A stretch of DNA of 64,000 nucleotides from a virus, in IMG/VR virus record IMGVR_UViG_3300045988_159685; one strand, written 5' to 3'. A program made the position numbers and the translations under genes. This document shows, piece after piece, positions 33,104 through 44,110 of the stretch. The notes under the pieces were generated by a model. That model saw nothing but the letters and a program-made list of their open reading frames with translations. It was not told where the DNA came from and did no database searches. The first letter of the stretch is position 1. Each line of letters starts with the position of its first letter.

Positions 33104-34873
33104 ATGATGGTTGATAAAGTATACACTCAGGATAAAACTATGCAGACGGTAATTGAACGTGCCGCTTATTATAGGGCAAACCCACATAGGTTTGTCAAAG
33201 ATTATTTGGGCATTGATTTACGATTGTTCCAAATGATTTTAATAGTCATGATGAACTTTAATACAAATTTTATGTATCTTGCCAGTAGAGGTCAAGGCAA
33301 AACCTTTCTATGCGCTATATTTTGTTGCGTTAGATGTATCTTGTACCCTGGCACCAGAATTTGTATTGCTTCTTCTAAACGTGCACAAGCGTGTGAAGTA
33401 TTGGAAAAAATTATGACGATATTCTATCCTAATTCCGCTAATTTGCGAAACGAGATAGAAGTTTATAAAAATAACAACACTGAGAATTATATAAAATTCC
33501 ATAACACCTCAATGATAAAGGTTGTTACCGCAAGTGACAGTGCTCGTTCCAATCGAGCTAACATCCTTATAATTGACGAGTTTAGAATGGTAGACCAAAC
33601 TATCATTGCAACTGTACTGAAGAAATTCTTGACCGCTGAACGTGAGCCCGGATTTCTTAATAAGGATAAATATAAAAAGCTCAGAAGCACCGATATCGCT
33701 CAATATAATAAGTACAAAGAGCGTAATAAAGAAATGTATTTATCCTCGGCGTATTATAAAAAACATTGGTCATGGGAAAAGACTAAGACATATTGTGCGG
33801 CAATGTTGGACGATAAGCGCAGCTATTTCTTATGTGGACTCCCCTACCAACTATCAATTAAAGAGGGTATATTAAATGCGGAACAAGTAGCCGACGAAAT
33901 GTCTGAGGCAGATTTCTCACAGATAATTTGGGACATGGAAAGTGGATGTTTGTGGCATGGTGAAAGTGACGACGCATTATTTAGCTATTCAAGTTTGATA
34001 GATGCCAGGGCTATAAAGACTGCTTTTTATCCACATTCGGTAACAGACTATTACCCAGCTTTGAAGAACCCAACAAAGAAAAATGGTGAGATTAGAGTTC
34101 TTGCTGTGGACATCGCCGTTATGGCGTCGAAGAAAAATAAGAACGATGCAACAGCTATTCATATATTGCAATTACTTCCAACTAGCAATAGCCAGTATAT
34201 TAGAAATTTAGTATATTCCGAAAACTTTGAAGGCGGTCACTCTGAAACACAAGCAATTACAATAAGGCGCCTATTTGAAGATTTGGAATGTGACTACATT
34301 GTTATAGATACGAACGGCGTTGGTAATGGCGTATATGATGAGTTGGTCAAAGATTTGGTCGATCCTGTTACGGGTGAACTATATCCTGCCTTTACTTGTA
34401 TGAATGACGAAGCAATGGCGGAAAAATATAAGGGTTCTTCACGCAACCCAAGAAAAGTTATCTATAGTATTAAGGCAAGCGCAAAGTTCAACAGTGATTG
34501 TGCATACCTGCTTAAAGATAATTTAATGCGTGGAAAGACAAGACTGTTAATTAACGAAAAGGATGCCGACGATATTTTAAAGCAATCCAAAACATTTAGG
34601 GGTTTGGACGAAGAAATAAAAGCGAACATCCTTATGCCATATATACAAACTGCCCTGCTGGTTAATGAACTGGTCAATCTGAAATATGAAACAAACGGCA
34701 GTTTGATTAAGATTATGGAACGTGGAAACGAAAGAAAAGACCGATATTCTGCGCTAGCTTATGGTAATTATTTTGCCACCGAGTTAGAGAGGACTATCGT
34801 AAAACACAAAAAAGCAAAGCTAAACGACAATTTCATTTTTGAATTTAGAGCGCCGTCTTTGCGTACAAGTTAG
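33104..34873 (+). CDS. terL: terminase large subunit
   Basis: Walker A ASRGQGKTF, Walker B NILIIDEF, nuclease-half VLAVDIAV; 589 aa. Confidence 0.85.
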   Translation: MMVDKVYTQDKTMQTVIERAAYYRANPHRFVKDYLGIDLRLFQMILIVMMNFNTNFMYLASRGQGKTFLCAIFCCVRCILYPGTRICIASSKRAQACEVLEKIMTIFYPNSANLRNEIEVYKNNNTENYIKFHNTSMIKVVTASDSARSNRANILIIDEFRMVDQTIIATVLKKFLTAEREPGFLNKDKYKKLRSTDIAQYNKYKERNKEMYLSSAYYKKHWSWEKTKTYCAAMLDDKRSYFLCGLPYQLSIKEGILNAEQVADEMSEADFSQIIWDMESGCLWHGESDDALFSYSSLIDARAIKTAFYPHSVTDYYPALKNPTKKNGEIRVLAVDIAVMASKKNKNDATAIHILQLLPTSNSQYIRNLVYSENFEGGHSETQAITIRRLFEDLECDYIVIDTNGVGNGVYDELVKDLVDPVTGELYPAFTCMNDEAMAEKYKGSSRNPRKVIYSIKASAKFNSDCAYLLKDNLMRGKTRLLINEKDADDILKQSKTFRGLDEEIKANILMPYIQTALLVNELVNLKYETNGSLIKIMERGNERKDRYSALAYGNYFATELERTIVKHKKAKLNDNFIFEFRAPSLRTS

Positions 34874-34883
34874 GGGTGAATAA

Positions 34884-36359
34884 ATGTCAAATACAGAAAA
34901 GAAAGAAATTATGGTCTGGGATAAAAGTATGGGTAACTTTGCACGTCTTGGTGAAGTACCAATTAGAAACTTGAATCAAGATTACTATATTAATCGATCT
35001 TCTATTCATTATACCAAATACAAAAAAGAAGATGTGGTCAAATGGTTTACCGATCCTGAAGCAAACGAAAAGAATTTGAGAAATGCTTCTATCTACCTTT
35101 ACGAAGTAAGCCCACATTATCGGAGACTAATTAACTATTTTGCCAAGCTTCATACAATGGCATATATTATTGAACCTTATAAACTTGACCAAAGTAAAAA
35201 AATAGATACGGCTAAATTAAAAGAAACATATATAAAGATTTGCAACTACATTGATAAAATGAATTTAAAACACGAGGCCGTTAAAATATTAACAACGTGT
35301 TTTAGAGAAGACGTATTCTATGGCTATGTTTACGAAACGACCGACTCATACTATATAAGAAAAATGCCGCCTGACTATTGTAAAATTAATCGAATAGAGG
35401 ACGGATGTTTTTTATATCAATTTGACTTCTCTTATTTTACAAGTCATAAAGAGGACTTGGAATCGTTTGGCGAAGAGTTTATTGAAAAGTACGAGCTGTA
35501 TAAAACACATCGCTCAATGCGTTGGCAAAGTTTGAGTAGCAAACGCACTTTTTGTTTAAAGGTGAATGAGGATATTAATTTCCCAATGCCACCTTTTATT
35601 GGTGTATTTGCGGGTATATTTGATATTGATGATTATAAAGGATTGCAAAAGGCTAGAACTGAAATAGGAAACTACAAAATCTTATCATTAAAAATTCCAA
35701 TGGAAGACGGCGATTATAAGATGGAGCAGGAAGACGCCCTTATGTACTATAACAATTTGTTAAAGGTATTACCTGAAAACATCGGCGCATTTCTAACCCC
35801 TATGGACGTTGAAGACCATGACTTTCAGAAATCAGGCAATGTTGATATAGACAATGTTGGCGACGCAACTAAAACCTTTTGGAATGATGCTGGCGTATGT
35901 TCATTGATTTTCGGTGGTGACAAACAAACCTCCGCAACACTTTCGGTTTCTATTAAGTCAGACGAACAAATGGTTTTTGCTCTAATGAACCAGTTTGGAC
36001 GTAATATAAATCGACTACTTAAACAGATAGACGGCAGATACAAATTTAAGATTCAATTTCTGGATGTAACTTATTATAATCAGCAGGAAACATATAAGTC
36101 ATATCTCAATGCCGCCCAAGCAAGTTTACCAACAACAACTATGGCGTGTGCGGCGTTAGGAGTTGCGCCAATTGATATGATGAATATGAATTTTCTTGAG
36201 GATGATATACTACATATCAAGGAAAAATTTGAACCTCTTAAAACTTCATATACACAATCTAGTGGAGAGGCTGGTGCGCCAACTCAGGAAGAAAAAGGCG
36301 AGCAGTTATCTGACGCTGGTGAAAATACGCGAGACCATAATTCCAATCAAGAATACTAG
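34884..36359 (+). CDS. portal protein
   Basis: 491 aa directly after terL, with an acidic C-terminus; assigned from position and size. Confidence 0.7.
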   Translation: MSNTEKKEIMVWDKSMGNFARLGEVPIRNLNQDYYINRSSIHYTKYKKEDVVKWFTDPEANEKNLRNASIYLYEVSPHYRRLINYFAKLHTMAYIIEPYKLDQSKKIDTAKLKETYIKICNYIDKMNLKHEAVKILTTCFREDVFYGYVYETTDSYYIRKMPPDYCKINRIEDGCFLYQFDFSYFTSHKEDLESFGEEFIEKYELYKTHRSMRWQSLSSKRTFCLKVNEDINFPMPPFIGVFAGIFDIDDYKGLQKARTEIGNYKILSLKIPMEDGDYKMEQEDALMYYNNLLKVLPENIGAFLTPMDVEDHDFQKSGNVDIDNVGDATKTFWNDAGVCSLIFGGDKQTSATLSVSIKSDEQMVFALMNQFGRNINRLLKQIDGRYKFKIQFLDVTYYNQQETYKSYLNAAQASLPTTTMACAALGVAPIDMMNMNFLEDDILHIKEKFEPLKTSYTQSSGEAGAPTQEEKGEQLSDAGENTRDHNSNQEY

Positions 36360-36548
36360 GTGAAGCTTATGAAGTTTATATATACAAAAGATATTGATAT
36401 AAAAAACAAACTTGTTGCTAAAGGTTTTAGGCTATTGCAGACCTTTGACAACAAGATTTTTGTTTTTGAAAACAATTGTAGTTCTACCTTTACAAAAGAC
36501 GAGCTTACAAAGATTGTTTATAGTAACACTTTTTGTATGAGGGGGTGA
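36360..36548 (+). CDS. small hypothetical protein
   Basis: ORF track only. Confidence 0.35.
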   Translation: MKLMKFIYTKDIDIKNKLVAKGFRLLQTFDNKIFVFENNCSSTFTKDELTKIVYSNTFCMRG

Positions 36549-36553
36549 ACAAA

Positions 36554-38074
36554 ATGAAGAAACAAAATTTGCCTATAAATTACTCCATAGATAAGGATTT
36601 TAAATCGGACAAGTTTATCAAACTGCGTATGCGGATTTGTCACGATGGAATAAATTATAACAATTCTAAATTTACCATTGAAAATCTTGAGGAGAAAAAA
36701 GATAGTTTAGCTAATTCACCAATACTTGCGTATATGTACTTTGATGAAAATGGTGATCCGCAATTTGGAGAACACAATTTTGAAATTGAAAAAGACAAAG
36801 TACACGACGGTGAAGCTAAAATTATATATACCGAAACGCCAGTTGGTGTTATTCCAGAGACAAATAATTTTGAAGTTGTCAATGAGGATGGCATCAACTA
36901 TATTTATGCTGACGGATATATATGGAAGAAATATTCCAATTATTGCGAAGATATTCTCAATCGTTATGATGAAATAAGAATCTCGATGGAAGTGAATATT
37001 TTAGCTTATTCCTATAACACCACAGATAATGTATACGATATTACAGATTTCAACTATGCGGCAGTAACGCTGTTGAATGAAGGTATTGATACAGGTATGA
37101 AAAATGCGAGAGCGACAATTGAAACTTTCTCACAATCTGTGGAATCCGAAAAAGATTTGTCCTTTATGATGCAAGAATTAAATAAAGACCTTGCGGATAA
37201 TAAAGAAGATTTTACGAAAGGAGATGTGAAACAGATGGATAAGGAACTTATAGAAAACATTCTCAAAGAATATAAAATGAAAATCGACGATATTTCTTTT
37301 GACATCACAGATGACATGACTGAGGAAACATTTAGATCTCAGCTTGAAACAATGCAGGCTAATTCTAAAGGAGCCGAAGACGAGGCTAAGCCTGATGATG
37401 AGTTTAAGGCTTCTAAAATCGAAGCTCCCGTTACAATGTTTGCAACCGTAAATCAGAAGCGAGAGATGATAAAAAATGCAATTCCAAAAGACAGCAGTGA
37501 ATATGACGAAGATAAAAATCTCGTTAAGTCGGTAGATTATTGGCTTGAAGACTTTGATGACAATTATGTTTATATTTCAATTTATTCATATGAACGCGGT
37601 AATGGCTCTTCTTCAAAGATGGGACGCTTTGCGTATTCCATTGACGAGACTGGGGTTGTAACAATTGACAGTAATTATGTAGAGGTGTTCAGAAGTTGGG
37701 TCACAGCAGAAGAAATGGCTGCGCTTGACGCACTTAAAGAAGAAAATAGTAAGCTCAAGTCAGAGGTAGACGAGCTGAATGAATACAAAGAAACTGTCGA
37801 AAAAGAAAAGGTTGAAACAGCGGCTTCAGAAATATTTAATGATTTTGAGAATGAGTTATCTGGCGTTGACGAGTTTTCTCTTCTTAAATCCGAGCATGAC
37901 GGCATGACTGCTGAGCAAATATCTGCACAGTGTTACATGCTTCTGGGCAAGAAAAACAAGAAGTCAACCAAAGCAACTAAGGAAAGCAAGACTGTTACAT
38001 TTAGTTTAAATGGTAAAACAGAGTCTGTGGACGAGCCTTGGTACAAAGAATTATACGATAAGTATGGAAAATAA
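36554..38074 (+). CDS. putative prohead protease and/or scaffolding protein
   Basis: Lies between portal and capsid genes. Coiled-coil C-half (EEMAALDALKEENSKLKSEVDELNEYKETVEKEK). Start after GAGGGGG. Confidence 0.4.
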   Translation: MKKQNLPINYSIDKDFKSDKFIKLRMRICHDGINYNNSKFTIENLEEKKDSLANSPILAYMYFDENGDPQFGEHNFEIEKDKVHDGEAKIIYTETPVGVIPETNNFEVVNEDGINYIYADGYIWKKYSNYCEDILNRYDEIRISMEVNILAYSYNTTDNVYDITDFNYAAVTLLNEGIDTGMKNARATIETFSQSVESEKDLSFMMQELNKDLADNKEDFTKGDVKQMDKELIENILKEYKMKIDDISFDITDDMTEETFRSQLETMQANSKGAEDEAKPDDEFKASKIEAPVTMFATVNQKREMIKNAIPKDSSEYDEDKNLVKSVDYWLEDFDDNYVYISIYSYERGNGSSSKMGRFAYSIDETGVVTIDSNYVEVFRSWVTAEEMAALDALKEENSKLKSEVDELNEYKETVEKEKVETAASEIFNDFENELSGVDEFSLLKSEHDGMTAEQISAQCYMLLGKKNKKSTKATKESKTVTFSLNGKTESVDEPWYKELYDKYGK

Positions 38075-38096
38075 TTAAGGAAAGAGGTAATAAAAC

Positions 38097-38591
38097 ATGG
38101 CAACAAGACATGCTATTGTTAGAACTGATAATCTGTCAGGCACTACAGATGGTTCTAAGCTGATTTCAGCTAAGTTTTACAGCGGCTCCGATCCGGCTGC
38201 TATTGACAACGGAAATGTTGTATCTATTTCAGACGAGCTTATAAACAGAGAAACATATAAGGTAACTGCACCTACAGCGGCAGACACAAGAGCAACAATT
38301 GGTCTGGTGGCTTCTGTAGAGATTATGTATGACGAGCAGAGATATCACAACCTTGAGGATTTTACAAATGAGGCCGACTCACTGATTAGAGTGTATGCTC
38401 TTGAAACAGGAGACGAGTTCTCTGTAACTAAGGAGGCACTTGACGGCACAGTTGCTAAAGATAAGTACGTCAAGCTGACAGCGGACTCAACAAAGCTTAC
38501 TGCAACTGACACTGCTACAGGCGCCATTGGTAAGATAGTTGCCGTCGAGATTGTAAACCCTGATACATACTACGTTATCAAGGTTAAGTAA
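38097..38591 (+). CDS. capsid-associated protein (decoration or scaffold candidate)
   Basis: Position only; strong SD. Confidence 0.35.
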   Translation: MATRHAIVRTDNLSGTTDGSKLISAKFYSGSDPAAIDNGNVVSISDELINRETYKVTAPTAADTRATIGLVASVEIMYDEQRYHNLEDFTNEADSLIRVYALETGDEFSVTKEALDGTVAKDKYVKLTADSTKLTATDTATGAIGKIVAVEIVNPDTYYVIKVK

Positions 38592-38614
38592 TTATAGGGA
38601 AAGGAGATACTATA

Positions 38615-39610
38615 ATGGATACAAATGAGAAAATTGTTTCCCTTGCTGTAAATCTGTACAAGGGTAATCCTGTTGGCGAGTTTTCACAGAGCGATTCAAT
38701 GGAGACACTGAGAAAAGCACTGGTTGCCGCTAACAATGGTTCTACAAAGATTTCATATAAAGATATAAGAGATGGCAAATGCAACGGTGTATTCGCTATT
38801 GTTGAGGAGGTTATTCAGAGAACCGTAGTTGACGGTATTCAGGGTGACGAATTCTTCATGAATATGGTTGACTATAGAAACGTAAAGCTCGGTGACGAGA
38901 ATGACTTCTACGTTCCATCAAAGGCGCTCTTTGTTGTTTCTGAAGTTGCAAACGGTGTTCAGTCACTCAGACGTCAGAGACTTAATGGTGGTGAACATGT
39001 AACAGTTAAGACTTCTCTTAAAGCTGTTAAGATTTATGAGGAGCTCAATAGAGTTCTTCCAGGTCGTGTAGACTTTAATACTTTTATCGACAGAGTGAGC
39101 GAATCTTACAAACAGCAGATGAGAGCCGATATCTATAATGCTTGGTGTACATATGTTGGCAATGGTTCAACCTATTTCCCTGTAGCTGGCACATATAGCG
39201 AAGATGGTCTGCTTGAGATGGTAAACCATGTAGAGGCGGCAACTGGCAAGTCTGCAACAATCATTGGTACAAAGGCAGCACTCAGAAAGATAAAGATAGA
39301 CACAGTATCTGACGAGGCTAAGTCTGATATGTACAACATTGGTTACTACGGTAAGTTTAATGGTACAAACTGCGTTAAGGTAAATCAGATACATAAGCCA
39401 GGTACAACTGATTTCCTGCTTGACGATAAGAAGCTTTATGTTATTGCAACAGATGACAAGCCTATTAAGGTCGTTACTGAGGGCGAGCCAACAATTATTC
39501 TTGGCAATCCTGCCGATAATGCCGATCTTACACAGGAGTTCTTCTATGGCGAGAGCTACGGCGTTGGTATTGTAATGGCGGATCAGTTCGGCGTTTACTC
39601 AATGTCATAA
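38615..39610 (+). CDS. major capsid protein
   Basis: 331 aa; strong SD AAAGGAGA; followed by the strongest terminator of the module; position. Confidence 0.7.
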   Translation: MDTNEKIVSLAVNLYKGNPVGEFSQSDSMETLRKALVAANNGSTKISYKDIRDGKCNGVFAIVEEVIQRTVVDGIQGDEFFMNMVDYRNVKLGDENDFYVPSKALFVVSEVANGVQSLRRQRLNGGEHVTVKTSLKAVKIYEELNRVLPGRVDFNTFIDRVSESYKQQMRADIYNAWCTYVGNGSTYFPVAGTYSEDGLLEMVNHVEAATGKSATIIGTKAALRKIKIDTVSDEAKSDMYNIGYYGKFNGTNCVKVNQIHKPGTTDFLLDDKKLYVIATDDKPIKVVTEGEPTIILGNPADNADLTQEFFYGESYGVGIVMADQFGVYSMS

Positions 39611-39623
39611 TAAAAATATTAAT

Positions 39624-39656
39624 ATGCAGAGAGTTCAATGCTCTCTGCATTTTTTT
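39624..39656 (+). terminator. rho-independent terminator
   Basis: ATGCAGAGAG-7 nt-CTCTCTGCAT followed by T7. Confidence 0.85.
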
Positions 39657-39673
39657 GAATGAAAGGAATAAAT

Positions 39674-40225
39674 ATGAGTACAACAAAAAGCACAATATCT
39701 AAAGGGGTAGCCACATCAAATACAACCAAGGGTGCAACCACTAAAAAAGCTTCTACTTCTGAAAATAAGAAGATAGAGCACAAGCAATTACCGCTTGATA
39801 CAATGGTAGCATGCACAAATATGACCAGTGGCAAGCTAATTTATATAAGCTCAAGACAAATGGGTTTCACTATTGAGTGGGAGCATGAAGGAGATGTGGA
39901 ATACATTGAACTTGGTGAACTTGTAACTATGCGCAATTCTCAGCGAGCATTTTTTGAAAAGAATTGGATTGCAATTGAAGACCCTGAAGTTAAAAAGTTC
40001 TTACGAGTAAATGCCTACTATGATGGTATTCCGTCAATGGACGATTATGAAGACCTATTCAATAAGCCCGATTCTGAGATATTGAAAATCTTAAAAGGTG
40101 TTCCAGATGGATTTAAAGAAATCTTAGCAAATAAGGCTAGCAAAATGATAAGTGATGGCACAATAGATTCTCGTAAAACAATTGCATTACTAAAAAGCGA
40201 ACTTAACTTGGATATTGAAGAGTAA
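39674..40225 (+). CDS. hypothetical structural-module protein
   Basis: ORF track; start at the ATG after AAAGGA. Confidence 0.5.
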   Translation: MSTTKSTISKGVATSNTTKGATTKKASTSENKKIEHKQLPLDTMVACTNMTSGKLIYISSRQMGFTIEWEHEGDVEYIELGELVTMRNSQRAFFEKNWIAIEDPEVKKFLRVNAYYDGIPSMDDYEDLFNKPDSEILKILKGVPDGFKEILANKASKMISDGTIDSRKTIALLKSELNLDIEE

Positions 40226-40234
40226 TGGAGGTGT

Positions 40235-40681
40235 ATGATATTGGCTACACCTTATAGTGAAATAACCGACAGCTTTGTTGGTATTGTAACAGAGTACAAG
40301 TTTTTTAATATCTTAAAGGAAGACCGTGACGAATGGCTTACTGATATAATGGATAGAGCTTGTGCAAGATTTAGAAAATCATGTCGCAAAAATCTTGACG
40401 ACCGAAACGAAGAATTGCGTCAATTTAATGCCACGCTTGATGCAGATGAGATTGACATTATTCATCAGTTAATGATTGCCGAATGGTTAAGACCTCAATT
40501 ATTCTCCTGCGAAAATCTCGAGAACAAATTGAACACTAAAGATTACTCGGAGTATTCACCAGCAAATTTGTTAAAAGAAATTCGTTCTACCCATGAGTAT
40601 GCGGTTGATGAAGCAAAAAACATGATAAAAAATTATACTTTTTCATTCCGTGATTTGGGGGATAAAATAGATGGCAAATAA
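40235..40681 (+). CDS. head-tail joining module protein (unassigned)
   Basis: ORF track; SD GGAGGTG; position. Confidence 0.5.
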   Translation: MILATPYSEITDSFVGIVTEYKFFNILKEDRDEWLTDIMDRACARFRKSCRKNLDDRNEELRQFNATLDADEIDIIHQLMIAEWLRPQLFSCENLENKLNTKDYSEYSPANLLKEIRSTHEYAVDEAKNMIKNYTFSFRDLGDKIDGK

Positions 40682-40961
40682 TAATTTATATATTAACTAT
40701 TTGAATTCTTTAATCTCCAAGGTATATAAAATTCTTCCGATGAAAGAAGAACAAAATACTACAACGGAAGTGTACATATCAAGTTTGATTTTCGAGCTAC
40801 ATGGCTTTGAAAATTTACTGAACGAATACCACAACGATGCGAGAATACTTACAATTATATGTGTACTTGAGTCTCTTAAAGAACCTAACATTTCGCATGA
40901 GGTTTACAAAAGTGAAGTCTTTAAATGTATTAGCCTGATTGAACAAATTCTACGGGGGTGA
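40671..40961 (+). CDS. head-tail joining module protein (unassigned)
   Basis: ORF track; overlapping starts and stops. Confidence 0.45.
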   Translation: MANNNLYINYLNSLISKVYKILPMKEEQNTTTEVYISSLIFELHGFENLLNEYHNDARILTIICVLESLKEPNISHEVYKSEVFKCISLIEQILRG

Positions 40962-41962
40962 GAGCAATCAATAAATTTGACTTGTATAACAGGGTAACTT
41001 TATCTGATGGTGCAACCCCAAAAGAGAGAATGATTAATCATTGCAAAAATAATATCATTTATAAATCACGGCGTAGTCCTTCACGCAAAAGTGTTCTTAT
41101 TGACAGTGAGCAAAAAGATGTTGTAATAGTATCAGGAAGCAATAACCATGTAAAAACGATTTGTGCTTTGCCAAACGACATTATCTATGATGGGCAAATT
41201 GTTGAATGGGAAAAATCACATTGGTTAATCTCCAATGTTGATATTGAATCTTCGGTTTATTATAAAGGAGTCATACACCAATGCAATATTAATTTACGTT
41301 GGCAAAACAAGGATGGCGAAATTATAAGTCGATGGTGCTATGCTGAAACGAATACCGCAGACGGTATCAAAGAGGGTAATACGTTAAATTTAACCGACGG
41401 CAATTTAACCTTGCATTTACCCCTAGACAATGAAACACGTCAACTTCGTTTAGATAGGCGCTTTTTATTAGATATAGAAAAAGACAATCCGACGGCATAC
41501 AAACTTATTAATCGTAATGTTGTAAGCGGAATATATGATGAAAATCATGAACATGGTGTGTATATCATAACACTACAAAAGTCCGAACGATCGCACGATC
41601 GTGATAACTACGAATTGATGATTGCGGATTACTTTAAGCCTACCAAAGATAAGTCGGTTGGAATAAACTGCGCAATTAAATTTGATGGCTCCCCTACCAT
41701 TAAGGCAGGCGGGTACTATAAAAGTTTTAATGCTGTATTCTATGATAAGGATGGTTCTGAAATATCGCAAGAAGCGATATGGAATGTAGCCGTTATTGAC
41801 GAACATAAGAAATATTTTTCTATCGTTAATGAGGGTTCTACAATAAAAATCAAAGCCGACAACAATGAGGGTATCATTGGCTCAAAGATTAAAATTGAAC
41901 TATGTAACTCGGCTCAAAATTGTTCTGCCGAACTTTATGTAAAGGTGGTGGCAATTTTATGA
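40958..41962 (+). CDS. structural-module protein (unassigned)
   Basis: ORF track; GTGA overlap. Confidence 0.5.
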   Translation: MRAINKFDLYNRVTLSDGATPKERMINHCKNNIIYKSRRSPSRKSVLIDSEQKDVVIVSGSNNHVKTICALPNDIIYDGQIVEWEKSHWLISNVDIESSVYYKGVIHQCNINLRWQNKDGEIISRWCYAETNTADGIKEGNTLNLTDGNLTLHLPLDNETRQLRLDRRFLLDIEKDNPTAYKLINRNVVSGIYDENHEHGVYIITLQKSERSHDRDNYELMIADYFKPTKDKSVGINCAIKFDGSPTIKAGGYYKSFNAVFYDKDGSEISQEAIWNVAVIDEHKKYFSIVNEGSTIKIKADNNEGIIGSKIKIELCNSAQNCSAELYVKVVAIL

Positions 41963-42432
41963 CACCGTCTGGACAAATAAAAAAATACAAACAGCAATTA
42001 ATATCATTGTTTGTGAATAATGAAAAAATCGTAAAGCTTATCAATGAAAAAGATATATCTAATCCTGAAGATTTGATATACCACAATTTCTTTAATTTTA
42101 TCCGAGTGCCAGAAACTATTGATGAGGAACGTAATTATATTTGCGTTAAAATAGATGTGCCCGAAGTCTATACTTCAAGTCTGTTTTTTAAGCAAATCAT
42201 AATAACAATCTATGTTGTTTCACATCAAAAGCAAATGGTTACGGAATTTGGTGGGGCACGTCCTGACTTAATTGCGGAACAAATTGAAGAAATTCTAATT
42301 GATTATAAGGGTATCGGCAAGAAGAAGCTTGTAGAAATTTCAAATGTAGAAAAAGATTTGGGCGATAGACACAGATGTCGTATCTTAAAATTCAAAGCCG
42401 AAGATATGTCAAAAAGTAGGTGTGCTATGTAA
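41959..42432 (+). CDS. structural-module protein (unassigned)
   Basis: ATGA overlap with the previous gene; SD GGTGGTGG. Confidence 0.5.
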   Translation: MTPSGQIKKYKQQLISLFVNNEKIVKLINEKDISNPEDLIYHNFFNFIRVPETIDEERNYICVKIDVPEVYTSSLFFKQIIITIYVVSHQKQMVTEFGGARPDLIAEQIEEILIDYKGIGKKKLVEISNVEKDLGDRHRCRILKFKAEDMSKSRCAM

Positions 42433-43232
42433 TGGCAAATCAAAGTCTGCTTGATCTTAAAACTTTTAAAATACGAGATTGGATTTCTATAAAAATTCCA
42501 ACTCTCGGCGAGTATCGAAAATTGAAAAACATTTCTGAACTCGTCAATATGTTTACGACAACTCCATCGGCACACATGATTGAACTTGATGATATTGGTA
42601 TCGACTTCACTCAAATCAGTGATTACGAATTTTTCTTGAAATTGTTCGATACCGCATTTGTGAAGCCTCAAGTATTAATGACCTGCGATATGTCAGATGA
42701 TGATAAAATTAACCTTTTATCAACACTGCAAATTATCGACTCAAATGAACTTTTTGACTGTGTAGATTTTAATTCTTGTTACATAGACAATGAAAATGGC
42801 TTAAAAACTATCAAGGATATCGAGGGTAATCAAATTATTGACGAATTTATTTATATGCAGATATCCAATGCTTTATGCGAAATATTCAACGTAAAAAAAT
42901 ATAAGCGTAAGCCGGGTAACAATACTGCAAAAGAATATATTCTTGAACGTGAACGTGAAAAAGCAGAAATAGCAAAACGCCGTAACAAACAGCTCCAAAT
43001 GTCCGACGACATCTTAGACGGCGAAATTGTTGCATTGGTATGTCACCCAGGTTTCCCTTACGACTTTGATAGTATTAACAATATTTCTATTTACAACTTT
43101 TATGCCTGTGTTAAACAGGTTATAAAGAAAGACCAATACGATAAGTTGGTCACTGGGGCTTATTCAGGTTTTGGTACAGTTAAACTTGATAAACTTCCAG
43201 AAGATAAATTAAATTGGTTATCGTGGAGATAG
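42432..43232 (+). CDS. structural-module protein (unassigned)
   Basis: TAATG overlap with the previous gene. Confidence 0.5.
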   Translation: MANQSLLDLKTFKIRDWISIKIPTLGEYRKLKNISELVNMFTTTPSAHMIELDDIGIDFTQISDYEFFLKLFDTAFVKPQVLMTCDMSDDDKINLLSTLQIIDSNELFDCVDFNSCYIDNENGLKTIKDIEGNQIIDEFIYMQISNALCEIFNVKKYKRKPGNNTAKEYILEREREKAEIAKRRNKQLQMSDDILDGEIVALVCHPGFPYDFDSINNISIYNFYACVKQVIKKDQYDKLVTGAYSGFGTVKLDKLPEDKLNWLSWR

Positions 43233-43266
43233 GCTCAACCGCAAGGTTTGAGTCTTTTTTATTTTT
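43232..43266 (+). terminator. rho-independent terminator
   Basis: GGCTCAA-9 nt-TTGAGTC followed by T-run. Confidence 0.65.
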
Positions 43267-43280
43267 AAGGAGGAAAAACT

Positions 43281-44093
43281 ATGGCTATTCAGATTAATGG
43301 TTTTACCATTACTTCCCTTGAGAAGATACATGGCTATGACAGAGTATCTGGCGTTTGTGAGTTTCTGCTTGACGAGCTTAAGTCTGCTAAGATCGCAAAT
43401 ACTGAGGATACAACAGATATCACAGGTAAGGGTGATAGAGTTCTTAAGCAGATTAAGAAGAATAAGTCCACAACTGTAAGTGGTGAGTCTGCACTGATTT
43501 CAGGCGGTCTGCTTGCGGCTCAGACAGGTTCTTATGAAGAGGTTGGCGATGTTAATATTAGATTCCCTGATGTTATCAAGGTTGAAGACACAACTTCCTG
43601 TAAGACAAAGTTTACGGCTCTTGGCGCAGTCGGTGCGGAGATTATTGACCTCAGAGTTATGGCTCCAAACGGTGCGCTTCTGCCTATCCATTATACACAG
43701 TCAACTGGTGAGGCTGACGCTACACACTTTAAGTATGAAGCAGCTACAAAGACGCTCACACTTCCTACTGATACAACAAACATTTCAGTTGGAACTTCAA
43801 TCGTAGTTTTCTATGATTTCAAGACAACAGGTTCTAGGGTTATCAATAAGTCCGACGTATTTGGTAAGACACTTTATGTTGCAGTAGATTGTCTTGCTAC
43901 CGACGTTTGTGACAACGAGTACAAGTGTCAGTTCATCATTCCAAGAGCACAGTTCTCTGGTACGTTTGATATTGACATGGGCGGTGACCAGACAATTCAG
44001 GCTTTTGAGGCCACAACACTTGTTGATACTTGCCAGGGTACTGCAAACGGCGAACTCTTTGAGTTCATTGTATATCAGGATCCAGAGGATTAA
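43281..44093 (+). CDS. major tail protein (candidate)
   Basis: 270 aa; SD AAGGAGGA; own transcription-unit boundary; upstream of the tape measure gene. Confidence 0.55.
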   Translation: MAIQINGFTITSLEKIHGYDRVSGVCEFLLDELKSAKIANTEDTTDITGKGDRVLKQIKKNKSTTVSGESALISGGLLAAQTGSYEEVGDVNIRFPDVIKVEDTTSCKTKFTALGAVGAEIIDLRVMAPNGALLPIHYTQSTGEADATHFKYEAATKTLTLPTDTTNISVGTSIVVFYDFKTTGSRVINKSDVFGKTLYVAVDCLATDVCDNEYKCQFIIPRAQFSGTFDIDMGGDQTIQAFEATTLVDTCQGTANGELFEFIVYQDPED

Positions 44094-44110
44094 GGTAAGG
44101 TGTAGAGCAA